64,000 bases of DNA from Verrucomicrobiota bacterium (GTDB taxonomy: Bacteria > Verrucomicrobiota > Verrucomicrobiia > Limisphaerales > AAA164-E04): the NCBI GenBank assembly GCA_047947115.1, contig CP170459.1, forward strand, positions 3,552,001 to 3,616,000, given 5' to 3'. Under the pieces are notes generated by a model that was given only the letters and a program-made list of their open reading frames with translations, had not been told where the DNA came from and did no database searches. The position numbers and the translations under genes were made by a program. Shown here piece by piece: positions 1-9,059 of this stretch (the first letter of the stretch is position 1; every line of letters starts with the position of its first letter).

Positions 1-318
1 TACAAATCGGGCGGGTTCCCCGGAATGAAACTGACCGCCGTTTTTGAACCGTCGAGCACGATCCTGATCGGTGAACGAAAGGCTGATTCAAATGAAGATG
101 CCTACATGGATATTTGGCCTCCCGAATATGGGAGTGATCACTTGACCGAAGTGGCCCATGGAAAACACGGGGCTGATGCCTCAGGACGAGGGGGAGGATC
201 AAATTATGGTTTTGTGGATGGCAGCGCGAAATACCTCAAGTTTGGAGAGGCTTTCAGTCCCTTGAACCTTTGGGCGGTTACCGAAAGCTTTCGCCAAGCA
301 TCGCTGCCCGAGTTATAG
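1..318 (+). CDS. C-terminal fragment of a prepilin-type (DUF1559/H-X9-DG family) protein; 5' end lies outside the window
   Basis: Frame is open from base 1 (YKSGGFPGMK...) to TAG at 316-318. Contains TILIGER and H...GSNYGFVDGSAKYLK, the C-terminal processing-associated motif of PVC prepilin-like proteins. Confidence 0.8.
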   Translation, partial: YKSGGFPGMKLTAVFEPSSTILIGERKADSNEDAYMDIWPPEYGSDHLTEVAHGKHGADASGRGGGSNYGFVDGSAKYLKFGEAFSPLNLWAVTESFRQASLPEL

Positions 319-330
319 ATGGGTTTGCCT

Positions 331-933
331 CTCCGGTAGGGCCCGCTGCCGCGGGGCTGTGAGCGCGAAAGGGATATGGAGATGACGTTGGCGAGATGCG
401 GACGCGTTGGCGGACGCGCAGCAGCGCATCCCTACCGACGTCAGAGCCTCCGGCTCCGGTAGGGCCCCGCTGCTGCGGGGCTGTGAGCGCGAAAGGGGTA
501 TGGGGATGACGTTGGCGAGATGCGGACCCGTTGGCGGACGCGCAGCAGCGCATCCCTACCGACGTCAGAGCCTCCGGCTCCGGTAGGGCCCCGCTGCTGC
601 GGGGCTGTGAGCGCGAAAGGGGTATGGGGATGACATTGGCGAGATGCGGACCCGTTGGCGGACGCGCAGCAGCGCATCCCTACCGACGTCAGAGCCTCCG
701 GCTCCGGTAGGGCCCCGCTGCTGCGGGGCTGTGAGCGCGAAAGGGGTATGGGGATGACATTGGCGAGATGCGGACCCGTTGGCGGACGCGCAGCAGCGCA
801 TCCCTACCGATGTCAGAGCCTCAGGCTCCGGTAGGGCCCCGCTGCTGCGGGGCTGTGAGCGCGAAAGGGGTATGGGGATGACGTTGGCGAGATGCGGACC
901 CGTTGGCGGACGCGCAGCAGCGCATCCCTACCG
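331..933. repeat. Tandem array of 5 REP doublets (REPIN/BIME-like), period 124 bp
   Basis: Units start at 334, 457, 581, 705 and 829. Each ~105-bp core has inverted ends CGGTAGGG...CCCTACCG, i.e. a GTAG-led hairpin on each strand (GCCCCGC-TGCT-GCGGGGC on +, GGATGCGC-TGCT-GCGCGTCC on -). Cores are joined by a 19-bp linker containing GAGCC-N3-GGCTC. Confidence 0.92.
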
Positions 934-1017
934 ATCACGCTGTGTTTATTCTGGTCTGAATTATGGTCAGGAATTAATGTTACCGCCCTCGTTGGCATGG
1001 GAAGTAATGCTTTGAAA

Positions 1018-2229
1018 ATGTTAGATAACTTAAACAGAAACAAGATTTGGAATGAAAGTCGATGGCTTGGCCTGCTTGCCGTGCTTTTGGTGATGTTCTC
1101 ATCGGGCTGCGGTTCCGACAAAGAAGATAAAGCAAAAGAGGAAGCAGCCAAGGCCAAGGCGGCGAATGCGGCCAAGGTGAAACCGGTGTTGGTGGAATTG
1201 GCCGAGGTCAAGCGTGGCAAGATTGAGGAGATCCTCGAGCGTTCCGCCGCGTTGCAGGCCGAGGAACAGGTGCTGGTGTTGGCGCGAGCTCAGAATCCGG
1301 CGATCGAATTGTTGGCTGAGGAAGGGGATCTGGTGGAGAAAGATCAGGTGATTCTGAGGCTGGAGAATGACAGTCAACGCACCAATTATAACCAGGCAAA
1401 GAGCCAGTCCGATAAGGCGAAGATCGAGTTTGACCGCATTGAGAAGCTCTACAACCAAAGTCTCATCAGCGAATCGGAATACGTGAACGCCCGGTTTGCT
1501 CATGATCAGGCAAAACTGGCGGAAGAGGAAGCCAAGCGCCAGTTCGAATACACCGAAGTGAAGGCCCCCATCAAGGGGACGATCACCAGCCGAACCGTCA
1601 AGGTGGGAGACAAGGTGACCACGGGGACGCCGATCTTTGAGATCATTGATCTGGATTCCACGGTGGCGGTCATTCATGTGCCCGAACAGTATCTTCCAAA
1701 ACTGAAGCAGGGCATGTCGGCTCGATTGATCTCCAGCACACTGGGGGATGCCGTGTTCAAGGGATACGTGAAACGCATTTCTCCGGTGGTTGATGCGGAA
1801 GCCGGAACGGTGAAAGTCGTGGTGGGAGTCAAGAATCGTGGTGCTTTGTCGCCGGGAATGTGGGTCAATGTCGAGCTTGTGTTGGATGAAAATGAAAACG
1901 CCATCCTGATTCCCAAACGTGCCATCACCTATTCCGTCGACCAAACCTTTGCATTTACCATCTATACAGACACCAACGGAGTTCGCCGCGCCGAAAGAAA
2001 ACGAGTGGAACCCCGCAACGCGGACAAGGAAAACATCGAACCCATGAACGGGTTCAAGGAAGGGGACATCATTGTTGTGGCCGGTCAGGCGGGGCTCAAA
2101 GAAGACTCGCCGATACGTGAATTGGGTGAAAAGATAACTGAGACTTCAGAAGCAGTTTCACCGGAATCAGCAGATGCGCTTGCAAAGCAGGCATTCAAGT
2201 CAAAGGCCAAATCCAAAGCCTCCAAGTAA
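1018..2229 (+). CDS. RND efflux periplasmic adaptor (MFP), lipoprotein
   Basis: Lipobox-like LLVMFSSGC; EEGDLVEKDQVILRL and VKAPIKGTITSRTVKVGD lipoyl motifs; ISPVVDAEAGT; LSPGMWV. Start is uncertain (997 or 1018); the ORF-track start at 892 lies inside the repeat. Confidence 0.9.
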   Translation: MLDNLNRNKIWNESRWLGLLAVLLVMFSSGCGSDKEDKAKEEAAKAKAANAAKVKPVLVELAEVKRGKIEEILERSAALQAEEQVLVLARAQNPAIELLAEEGDLVEKDQVILRLENDSQRTNYNQAKSQSDKAKIEFDRIEKLYNQSLISESEYVNARFAHDQAKLAEEEAKRQFEYTEVKAPIKGTITSRTVKVGDKVTTGTPIFEIIDLDSTVAVIHVPEQYLPKLKQGMSARLISSTLGDAVFKGYVKRISPVVDAEAGTVKVVVGVKNRGALSPGMWVNVELVLDENENAILIPKRAITYSVDQTFAFTIYTDTNGVRRAERKRVEPRNADKENIEPMNGFKEGDIIVVAGQAGLKEDSPIRELGEKITETSEAVSPESADALAKQAFKSKAKSKASK

Positions 2230-2247
2230 ACGCCGTCATTCTTTCCC

Positions 2248-5200
2248 ATGGAGACGAAACCCCGTCAGCCTAATTTTACAACGGACCGTCCTGTTGCGGT
2301 GTTGATGGTGTTTCTTGCCGCGGTCGTGTTCGGCTATTTTTCGCTGGGACGTCTTCCGGTGACCTTGATGCCTGAGATGAGTTATCCCACCTTGACCGTC
2401 CGAACCGAATACCCCGGCGCGGCGCCTGAAGAAGTGGAAAATGACATCAGTCGGCGCATTGAAGAACAGTTGGGCGTGGTCAGCGGCTTGAATGAAATCA
2501 GCAGCATCAGCCGGGCGGGTGTGAGTGACGTGGTGCTGGAGTTCACGTGGGGCACCTCCATGGTGGATGCCATCCAAAACACGCTCGAGAAGCTGGACAC
2601 CGTGCGTTTGCCAAGAGGCGCGGAAAAGCCCTTGCTGCTTCATTATGATCCGTCACTGGATCCCGTGATGGAACTCAGTCTTTCAACAAGACTGACCGAT
2701 GAGACGTGTGATGCTTCAATTGATCAAAGTGCCACTGGCACCATTGATTTTTCCAGTGCAAGGAGATTACGTCGCATCGCCGAACTTCAGGTCAAGCGCG
2801 CGCTAGAACCGATCAAGGGAGTGGCCGCTGCCCGGGTTCGCGGAGGGTTGGAGGAGGAGATTCACGTGCTGGTTGATGCCGATCAATTGCAGCGAGCCAA
2901 CCTTTCCATCAACCAGGTCATCAATCGGCTCGGAGCGGAAAATATCAATGCCGCGGGTGGTCGCATTCGTGAGGGTGAGGCGGAATACATGATCCGAACC
3001 ATCAATGAATATCAGGATTTGGAGGAAATCGCTGACACCATTGTTCTCCGTCGCGAAGGAAAGGAAATCCGTTTGAAGGATATTGGCCAGGTTGTCTATG
3101 GACAACGCGATCGTGAGATGCTGACCCGTACCAATGGTGGGGAGAGTGTTCAGATCGATGTTTACAAGGAAGCGGATTCCAACATGGTGCAGGTGGCTGA
3201 ACGCATCAAGGCTGCCGTCGGGTCCGTCAAAGACGGAAGACGAAAGAGTATCTCCGGGAAGTTGGCGGCTGAAGAAGGTGTCGAACTTCAGGTGGTGGCC
3301 GATCGTTCCATCTTTATCGACAACAGTATCAATGAAGTCAAAAGCACCGCCATCATGGGCGGCTTCCTGGCGATCGTTGTTCTGTTGGTTTTTTTGAGAG
3401 ATCTGCGCACGACTTCCATCATCGCTGTCAGTATTCCGATTTCCATTTTCGTGACCTTTGCACCGCTCAATATTCTGGGTGTTTCGTTGAATATCATGTC
3501 CTTGGGCGGACTGGCTATGGGGATTGGGATGTTGGTGGACTCATCCATTGTGGTGCTGGAATCCATCTATCGCTGCCGAGAAGAAGGCGATGACATGCGC
3601 GCCGCAGCCATTCGCGGTACTCGTGAAGTCAGGGGGGCGGTCATTGCGTCCACTTTAACGTCCATTTGTGTCTTTTTTCCCATGGTGTTCGTGGAAGGGA
3701 TGGCGGGTCAGGTGTTCGGAGATCTTGGGTTGACTGTCGTGACTTCGCTCCTTGCTTCTTTGGTGGTCGCGGTGTTGTTCATTCCCATGTTGGCCAGTCG
3801 GACGGGCTTGAAGTTGAAGGAAGGCGTTGGTTTGGGTGAGCATCCATTGGGCGGTTTTGCCGGGAGGATTAGACTGATTTCCTTTTTGGTGCGTTTTTTG
3901 GTTCCTATGGTAGGATGGTTGATGGGGATGATTGGGGTGGCGATATTGATCGTTTTCATCACCCATTGGCTCGCCGACAACCCGGATCCCCAGGCGCGTC
4001 CTGACTACGTATCCGTTTCCTGGAGCGTTGCGAAATACTGGCTTTGGTTCAGTGTGCTGCCTTGCCTGGTGGCCTTGTCAAAGATCAGGATGAATCCCGA
4101 GCATCCGAAAGGGGAGACCTTGGCCGATTTATGGGGTGGTATTGGTTTGTTTCTAAAGGGGTGGCGACGAGGCGGGTTGCCGTTTTTCTTGTCCTTGCCT
4201 TATCAGTGTGTTCGATTGCCTTTGACCATGACATTGGAGGTGGTTGGTTTCAATCTGGTTTGGGTGATTCGTGCGTTGGCGGGTGCGTCTTGCCTGCTTT
4301 TCGCCTGCATAAACTGGCTCAGACATGTGTTTGAGAGGAAGTCTTCAGAAGGTGAGACTGATCATGCCAGAGGGTTTTACCCGAGCATCCTGCGCTGGGG
4401 ACTGGCTCATCCTCCTGCCATTTTGTTGTTGGCGTTGGGATGTTTTGTTCTGACTTGGGCTGTGGGGCGAACGCTTCAATCCGAACTCCTGCCGGAGGTG
4501 CATCAAAGTGAACTAACCTTTGAAGTCGCCCTTCCTGTTGGAACGCCTCTGGAAGAAACCATCACTACGCTGGATCATATCGAAGACGAAGTTTTGGAGC
4601 ATAAGGAAGATCTGGGGATTGAAACATTGCTGGTGATGTATGGATTCGATACGACCAACATGAAAAACTCCGATGAGGGGGAACACTCGGCCAAATTCAA
4701 AATATTGCTCAAGGCATCCGAACACCCCAAGCTAGCCGAGGAGAAGGTTGTGTCGCAGATGCGCGCGATGTTCGAAAATGTACCGGATATCAATACCCGG
4801 GTCACGCGGCCGGTGCTGTTCAGTTCCAAAAAACCTGTGGTCATTCAGATCAATGGAGAGGACTTGGTTGAATTGAAGCAGTATTCCGATGAAGCCACCG
4901 GATTGCTGGTGCAATCCCCTGAGCTGGCTGATGTGGAACCTACCTTGCGCAGTGGTGCTCCGGAGTTGCAGATCTCCTATGATCGGCATCAAATCATGCG
5001 GCACGGATTGACTATTCAATCCGTGGCAAATCAGGTGCGGGATATGGTCAAGGGATCCGAGGCCACCCGTCTCAATCGCAAGGACAAACGTGTGCCCATC
5101 GTTGTGCGGCTGGCTGAGGAGGACCGGCAGGCAGTGGATGATGTCAGTCAATTGATCGTGAACCCGGGGCGTCCCACTCCGATCCCCTTGAGCGCGGTGG

Positions 5201-5922
5201 CTCAGGTGCACGTCGGCGAGGGCCCCAGTGAGATTCGTCGCATCGACGGCAAACGGGTGGCGCTTGTCCAAGCCAATATCGGGGGAGGTTCGCTCGGGGC
5301 CGCCGTGGACACCGCCAAGTCGACCTTGAACACCCAGATGATCTGGCCGGATTACATGGACTTTCTCATCACAGGACAGAATCAGGAATGGGAACGCAGT
5401 CGGGCGAGCTTGTATCTGGCGCTGGGGTTGAGCCTGTTTCTTGTTTACGTGATCATGGCGTCGCAATTCGAATCCTTGCTCCAACCGTTCATCATCATGT
5501 TCACCATTCCGATGGCGTTTGTGGGAACGATCATCGGATTGAAAGCATTGGGGATGAATTTTTCTGTGGTGGTGTTTCTTGGATTGATCATGCTGGCGGG
5601 GATCGTGGTGAATAATGCCATTGTGTTGGTGGATTATACCAACACCTTGCGAGAGCGCGGTCTTTCCCTGGAGGAATCGATTGTAACGGCCTGCCATGTG
5701 CGGCTGCGTCCTATCTTGATGACCACGGCCACCACGGTGCTGGGTCTGTTTCCGATGGCACTGGGGCTGGGGGATGGTGCTGAGATTCGAACGCCGATGG
5801 CCATTACCGTGATCTGTGGACTTTTGACATCCACCTTGCTGACCCTTTTGATTATTCCAACCATTTATTACCTGATGGGGCAGGCTGGCGAACGGCTGTT
5901 TCACGCGACCGATCAATCATGA
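2248..5922 (+). CDS. RND (AcrB-family) efflux permease subunit 1, with a large TM6-TM7 insertion
   Basis: RPVAVLM, YPGAAPEEVE, TM4 GMLVDSSIVVLE, TM10 GIVVNNAIVLVD, RLRPILMT. 1224 aa. Confidence 0.95.
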   Translation: METKPRQPNFTTDRPVAVLMVFLAAVVFGYFSLGRLPVTLMPEMSYPTLTVRTEYPGAAPEEVENDISRRIEEQLGVVSGLNEISSISRAGVSDVVLEFTWGTSMVDAIQNTLEKLDTVRLPRGAEKPLLLHYDPSLDPVMELSLSTRLTDETCDASIDQSATGTIDFSSARRLRRIAELQVKRALEPIKGVAAARVRGGLEEEIHVLVDADQLQRANLSINQVINRLGAENINAAGGRIREGEAEYMIRTINEYQDLEEIADTIVLRREGKEIRLKDIGQVVYGQRDREMLTRTNGGESVQIDVYKEADSNMVQVAERIKAAVGSVKDGRRKSISGKLAAEEGVELQVVADRSIFIDNSINEVKSTAIMGGFLAIVVLLVFLRDLRTTSIIAVSIPISIFVTFAPLNILGVSLNIMSLGGLAMGIGMLVDSSIVVLESIYRCREEGDDMRAAAIRGTREVRGAVIASTLTSICVFFPMVFVEGMAGQVFGDLGLTVVTSLLASLVVAVLFIPMLASRTGLKLKEGVGLGEHPLGGFAGRIRLISFLVRFLVPMVGWLMGMIGVAILIVFITHWLADNPDPQARPDYVSVSWSVAKYWLWFSVLPCLVALSKIRMNPEHPKGETLADLWGGIGLFLKGWRRGGLPFFLSLPYQCVRLPLTMTLEVVGFNLVWVIRALAGASCLLFACINWLRHVFERKSSEGETDHARGFYPSILRWGLAHPPAILLLALGCFVLTWAVGRTLQSELLPEVHQSELTFEVALPVGTPLEETITTLDHIEDEVLEHKEDLGIETLLVMYGFDTTNMKNSDEGEHSAKFKILLKASEHPKLAEEKVVSQMRAMFENVPDINTRVTRPVLFSSKKPVVIQINGEDLVELKQYSDEATGLLVQSPELADVEPTLRSGAPELQISYDRHQIMRHGLTIQSVANQVRDMVKGSEATRLNRKDKRVPIVVRLAEEDRQAVDDVSQLIVNPGRPTPIPLSAVAQVHVGEGPSEIRRIDGKRVALVQANIGGGSLGAAVDTAKSTLNTQMIWPDYMDFLITGQNQEWERSRASLYLALGLSLFLVYVIMASQFESLLQPFIIMFTIPMAFVGTIIGLKALGMNFSVVVFLGLIMLAGIVVNNAIVLVDYTNTLRERGLSLEESIVTACHVRLRPILMTTATTVLGLFPMALGLGDGAEIRTPMAITVICGLLTSTLLTLLIIPTIYYLMGQAGERLFHATDQS

Positions 5923-8900
5923 TTTCGGACACGAACAATATGGTGGTCAAGATTGCCCGTTTTTCCATTCGGAGACGGATCACCATGTTCGTCATTTTTC
6001 TCACCATCATTGCCGTCGGGATGATCTCCGCCAACCGGCTTCCGCTTGAAATGAATCCGAGAGGGTTGGAGGGGCATTACATTTCGGTGAACGTGCGCTG
6101 GGATGTGGGTGTGCCTCCGGAAACGATGGACAAGATCGGGCTACCGCTTGAAGAGGAACTCAGTACGGTGCGTGGTCTGGATGAAATGACCACCCATGGT
6201 TACAAGTGGGGTTCCCGTGTGGAAATGAAGTTCAAACAGGGCACCGACATGGACGTGGCCTATCGTGAAGTGCGGGATCGTACTGAACGTGCCCGCCCCC
6301 TCTTCCCGGAGGGCGTGGAGGAACCTTACATCTACAAACACGAACCCGGAGCCGAGCCGGTTGTCAGTTTTCGCATCAGTTATGATCCGGAATCGGATTA
6401 CTACGATTTGATTTACAAATACGTCATCACCCCCATTCAGCGCATCATGGGGGTGGCGGATGTGGATTTCCGGATCTATCGACGTGAAATCAAGATCGAA
6501 GTCGACAAGGAACGGGCGGAAGCCTTTGGAATCAATATCCAGCAACTGGGGCGTGTCTTGCGGTCTGATAATTTCACTCTGGCGAGTGGTCATGTGATTG
6601 ATGGAGGGAAGAAATACACCCTCAAATCCAGCAGTGAATTCAAGACACTGGATCAGATCCGCAACATTCCTTTACAACCGGGTGTGTTCTTGAAGGATAT
6701 CGCATCCATTGTTTACGAACCACAGGAGGCGGAGCGTCTTTACCGCTACAATTCGCAACCAGCCAACGGAATTTCTGTCAAGCGGGAAGGGGAAGCCAAT
6801 ACTGTGGAGGTGAGTCGTTTGGTCAAGGAGACGGTCGAAGAAATTCAGCAGAATCCCAAGTTAGAGGGATTCGATATGAGCATCTACGAGAACCAGGGGG
6901 AAGAAATCATGCAACGCCTGGACAACTTGATCGATAACGGGCAGGTGGGAGCTTTGCTTGCGGCGATGGTGTTGTTTTTCTTTTTACGTCAGTTTCGCCT
7001 GACCGTGATCATTGCCATGGCCATTCCCTTATGTCTGTTGATTGCTTTGGCAGCGATGCATTTTGTGGGACAGACCTTGAACAGCATGACCATCATGGGA
7101 CTGGTAATTTGTGTTGGCTTGCTGGTCGACAACTCGGTGGTGATGGCTGAGAACATTCATCGCCATTACCAGGAAGGCATGTCCCGGATGGAAGCATGCA
7201 TGCGCGGAGTGAGTGAAATCGGATTTGCCATCACCATCGCCACCTTGACGACCCTGATCGTATTCAGTTCCACCCTGGTGGTGGAAGGGGAGATGCGGTT
7301 TTATGCGAAGAACATGACCTTGCCGGTGATCGTGTCCATTGCCGCCTCATTGGGTACGGCGCTGATGTTCATTCCTCTGTGTGTTTATATCACGCTTCCC
7401 AAAGAACGACATCGAGGCACAAGGGATAAGAAGCATTTGTCGGCTTTGCTTGGAAATGTTTTTTACCGGATCTATCATGCCACCTTTGATCGTTTGAATC
7501 ATGCCTACAACGCCGCGTTGAAGTTTTTTCTGACCCGGCGTCTGGATCTGGCGGTCATTTTGATCACTTTGCTTGCCGCTACGTTCACGGTGTCCAAATC
7601 GCTGAATTTCACCGATAAAAAATCCGAAGTGATGCGATATTTCCGCATCCGCGTGAATTTTCCAGACAAATACACGATGGATCAAAGGCTTGCCTATTTC
7701 CGGAAAGTGGAAGCCATTGCCGAGGAGAAAAAGGAGGCATACGGACTGAAGTCCCATGAGGTGCATTATGGGAAATGGTATGGCATGTTCGCCGGTTTTT
7801 TTGCGCCCGACCGGGTGAGTGATCTGACACGTGAGGAAGCGGTTTTCAAGTTGTTTGAAAGTTTCCCCGAGGAACCCGGAGTGAGCGTTCACTATCAGGG
7901 AAAACAGGGCGGAGAGAAGGGGGATAATCGAAAAGACAATCATTACATTCGATTGGTGGGGGATGACCCGGAACAGCTCAAGCAAGTTGCGGAAAGTTTG
8001 AAGCCTACGTTTGAAATGATTCCAGGAGTCGTTTCTCTGATGGCGGAGGATGTCGAGGAAAACGGTCCCAGCGAACTGGCATTGTTGGTGGATCGCAAGA
8101 AAGCCAGCTCACTCGGCGTCAATCCCAGTGTCTTGGCTGGTACCGTGGGAGCGGCGGTTCGAGGTGAAAACCTGCAGCGTTTCAATTACAAGGGTTTCCA
8201 GATCCCGATGCGATTGTTGTTCGAAGAGGAAGATCGGTCTGAATTGGCCGATCTGAACAATTTCCAGATTCCCACTGAGGACGGTCGAGTCAGCACGGTC
8301 GGAGCAGTTACACGATCAGCGTTCCTCGACAATGAAGATGATGCGATCACAAGGCGAAACAAGAAGGTCACCCACTGGTTTGGATTGAAACTCGAGCCCG
8401 GGCCAAACACATGGAAAACAAAGGGAGCGATCGAGCTTGCGAAGCAGGACATCAACCTTCCCGAAGGGGTGTCATTCGATGAAGATCCAAAAACATTCGA
8501 CGATGAAGATCGTAAACAAGGTTCGATGATGTTGATCTTGTCGATTGTGTTTGTGTATATGCTGATGGCCTTTTTCTTTGAAAGCATGTTGATACCTCTA
8601 TCCATCATTCTGACCATTCCTCTGGCGGCCATCGGAGCGGTGATCGCTTTGAAATGGTCCAATGTCTTTATCGACCAGATGGTTTATCTCGGAGCCATGT
8701 TTCTGGTGGGTATTGTGGTCAATAACGGCATTGTTCTTGTGGATTATGCCAACCGTCTTCGGCGCGAAGGGTTCCTTCGGTCGGAAGCGCTGCTCAAGGC
8801 TGCCCGAGATCGTTTTCGTCCGGTTATCATGACTGCCTTGACCACCATCAGCGGCATGATCCCGTTGACCTTTGGATCTTCCGTTGAAATGGGAGTCAAC

Positions 8901-9053
8901 TTCAAGAGCTTTGGATTGGTCCTGATAGGAGGGATGACTTCCGCCACTTTGTTTACCCTGCTGGCCGTGCCGGTGTTTTACACCTTGATTGAAGATGCGC
9001 GGGATGGATTCAATCATATTGTCGCCAGCGTATTTGCTGCCGGTAAAAAGTGA
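5919..9053 (+). CDS. RND (AcrB-family) efflux permease subunit 2
   Basis: ATGA overlap with the previous gene; GLLVDNSVVMAENI, GIVVNNGIVLVD, RFRPVIMT. Confidence 0.95.
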   Translation: MISDTNNMVVKIARFSIRRRITMFVIFLTIIAVGMISANRLPLEMNPRGLEGHYISVNVRWDVGVPPETMDKIGLPLEEELSTVRGLDEMTTHGYKWGSRVEMKFKQGTDMDVAYREVRDRTERARPLFPEGVEEPYIYKHEPGAEPVVSFRISYDPESDYYDLIYKYVITPIQRIMGVADVDFRIYRREIKIEVDKERAEAFGINIQQLGRVLRSDNFTLASGHVIDGGKKYTLKSSSEFKTLDQIRNIPLQPGVFLKDIASIVYEPQEAERLYRYNSQPANGISVKREGEANTVEVSRLVKETVEEIQQNPKLEGFDMSIYENQGEEIMQRLDNLIDNGQVGALLAAMVLFFFLRQFRLTVIIAMAIPLCLLIALAAMHFVGQTLNSMTIMGLVICVGLLVDNSVVMAENIHRHYQEGMSRMEACMRGVSEIGFAITIATLTTLIVFSSTLVVEGEMRFYAKNMTLPVIVSIAASLGTALMFIPLCVYITLPKERHRGTRDKKHLSALLGNVFYRIYHATFDRLNHAYNAALKFFLTRRLDLAVILITLLAATFTVSKSLNFTDKKSEVMRYFRIRVNFPDKYTMDQRLAYFRKVEAIAEEKKEAYGLKSHEVHYGKWYGMFAGFFAPDRVSDLTREEAVFKLFESFPEEPGVSVHYQGKQGGEKGDNRKDNHYIRLVGDDPEQLKQVAESLKPTFEMIPGVVSLMAEDVEENGPSELALLVDRKKASSLGVNPSVLAGTVGAAVRGENLQRFNYKGFQIPMRLLFEEEDRSELADLNNFQIPTEDGRVSTVGAVTRSAFLDNEDDAITRRNKKVTHWFGLKLEPGPNTWKTKGAIELAKQDINLPEGVSFDEDPKTFDDEDRKQGSMMLILSIVFVYMLMAFFFESMLIPLSIILTIPLAAIGAVIALKWSNVFIDQMVYLGAMFLVGIVVNNGIVLVDYANRLRREGFLRSEALLKAARDRFRPVIMTALTTISGMIPLTFGSSVEMGVNFKSFGLVLIGGMTSATLFTLLAVPVFYTLIEDARDGFNHIVASVFAAGKK

Positions 9054-9059
9054 GGTCCA

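Noticed and set aside
331..933. CRISPR array
   Set aside because: The whole 124-bp unit repeats, so there are no unique spacers, and no cas genes are present.
278..1015. Repeated small ORFs (MRCCASANGS..., MADAQQRIP...) and the MFP start at 892
   Set aside because: They are translation by-products of the GC-rich repeat; the MFP lipoprotein signal begins downstream of it.
4732..5916. 394-aa minus-strand ORF and similar long antisense ORFs (1099-1944, 48662-49537, 60287-61021, 61048-61932)
   Set aside because: They overlap well-supported genes on the opposite strand and carry no recognisable domains.
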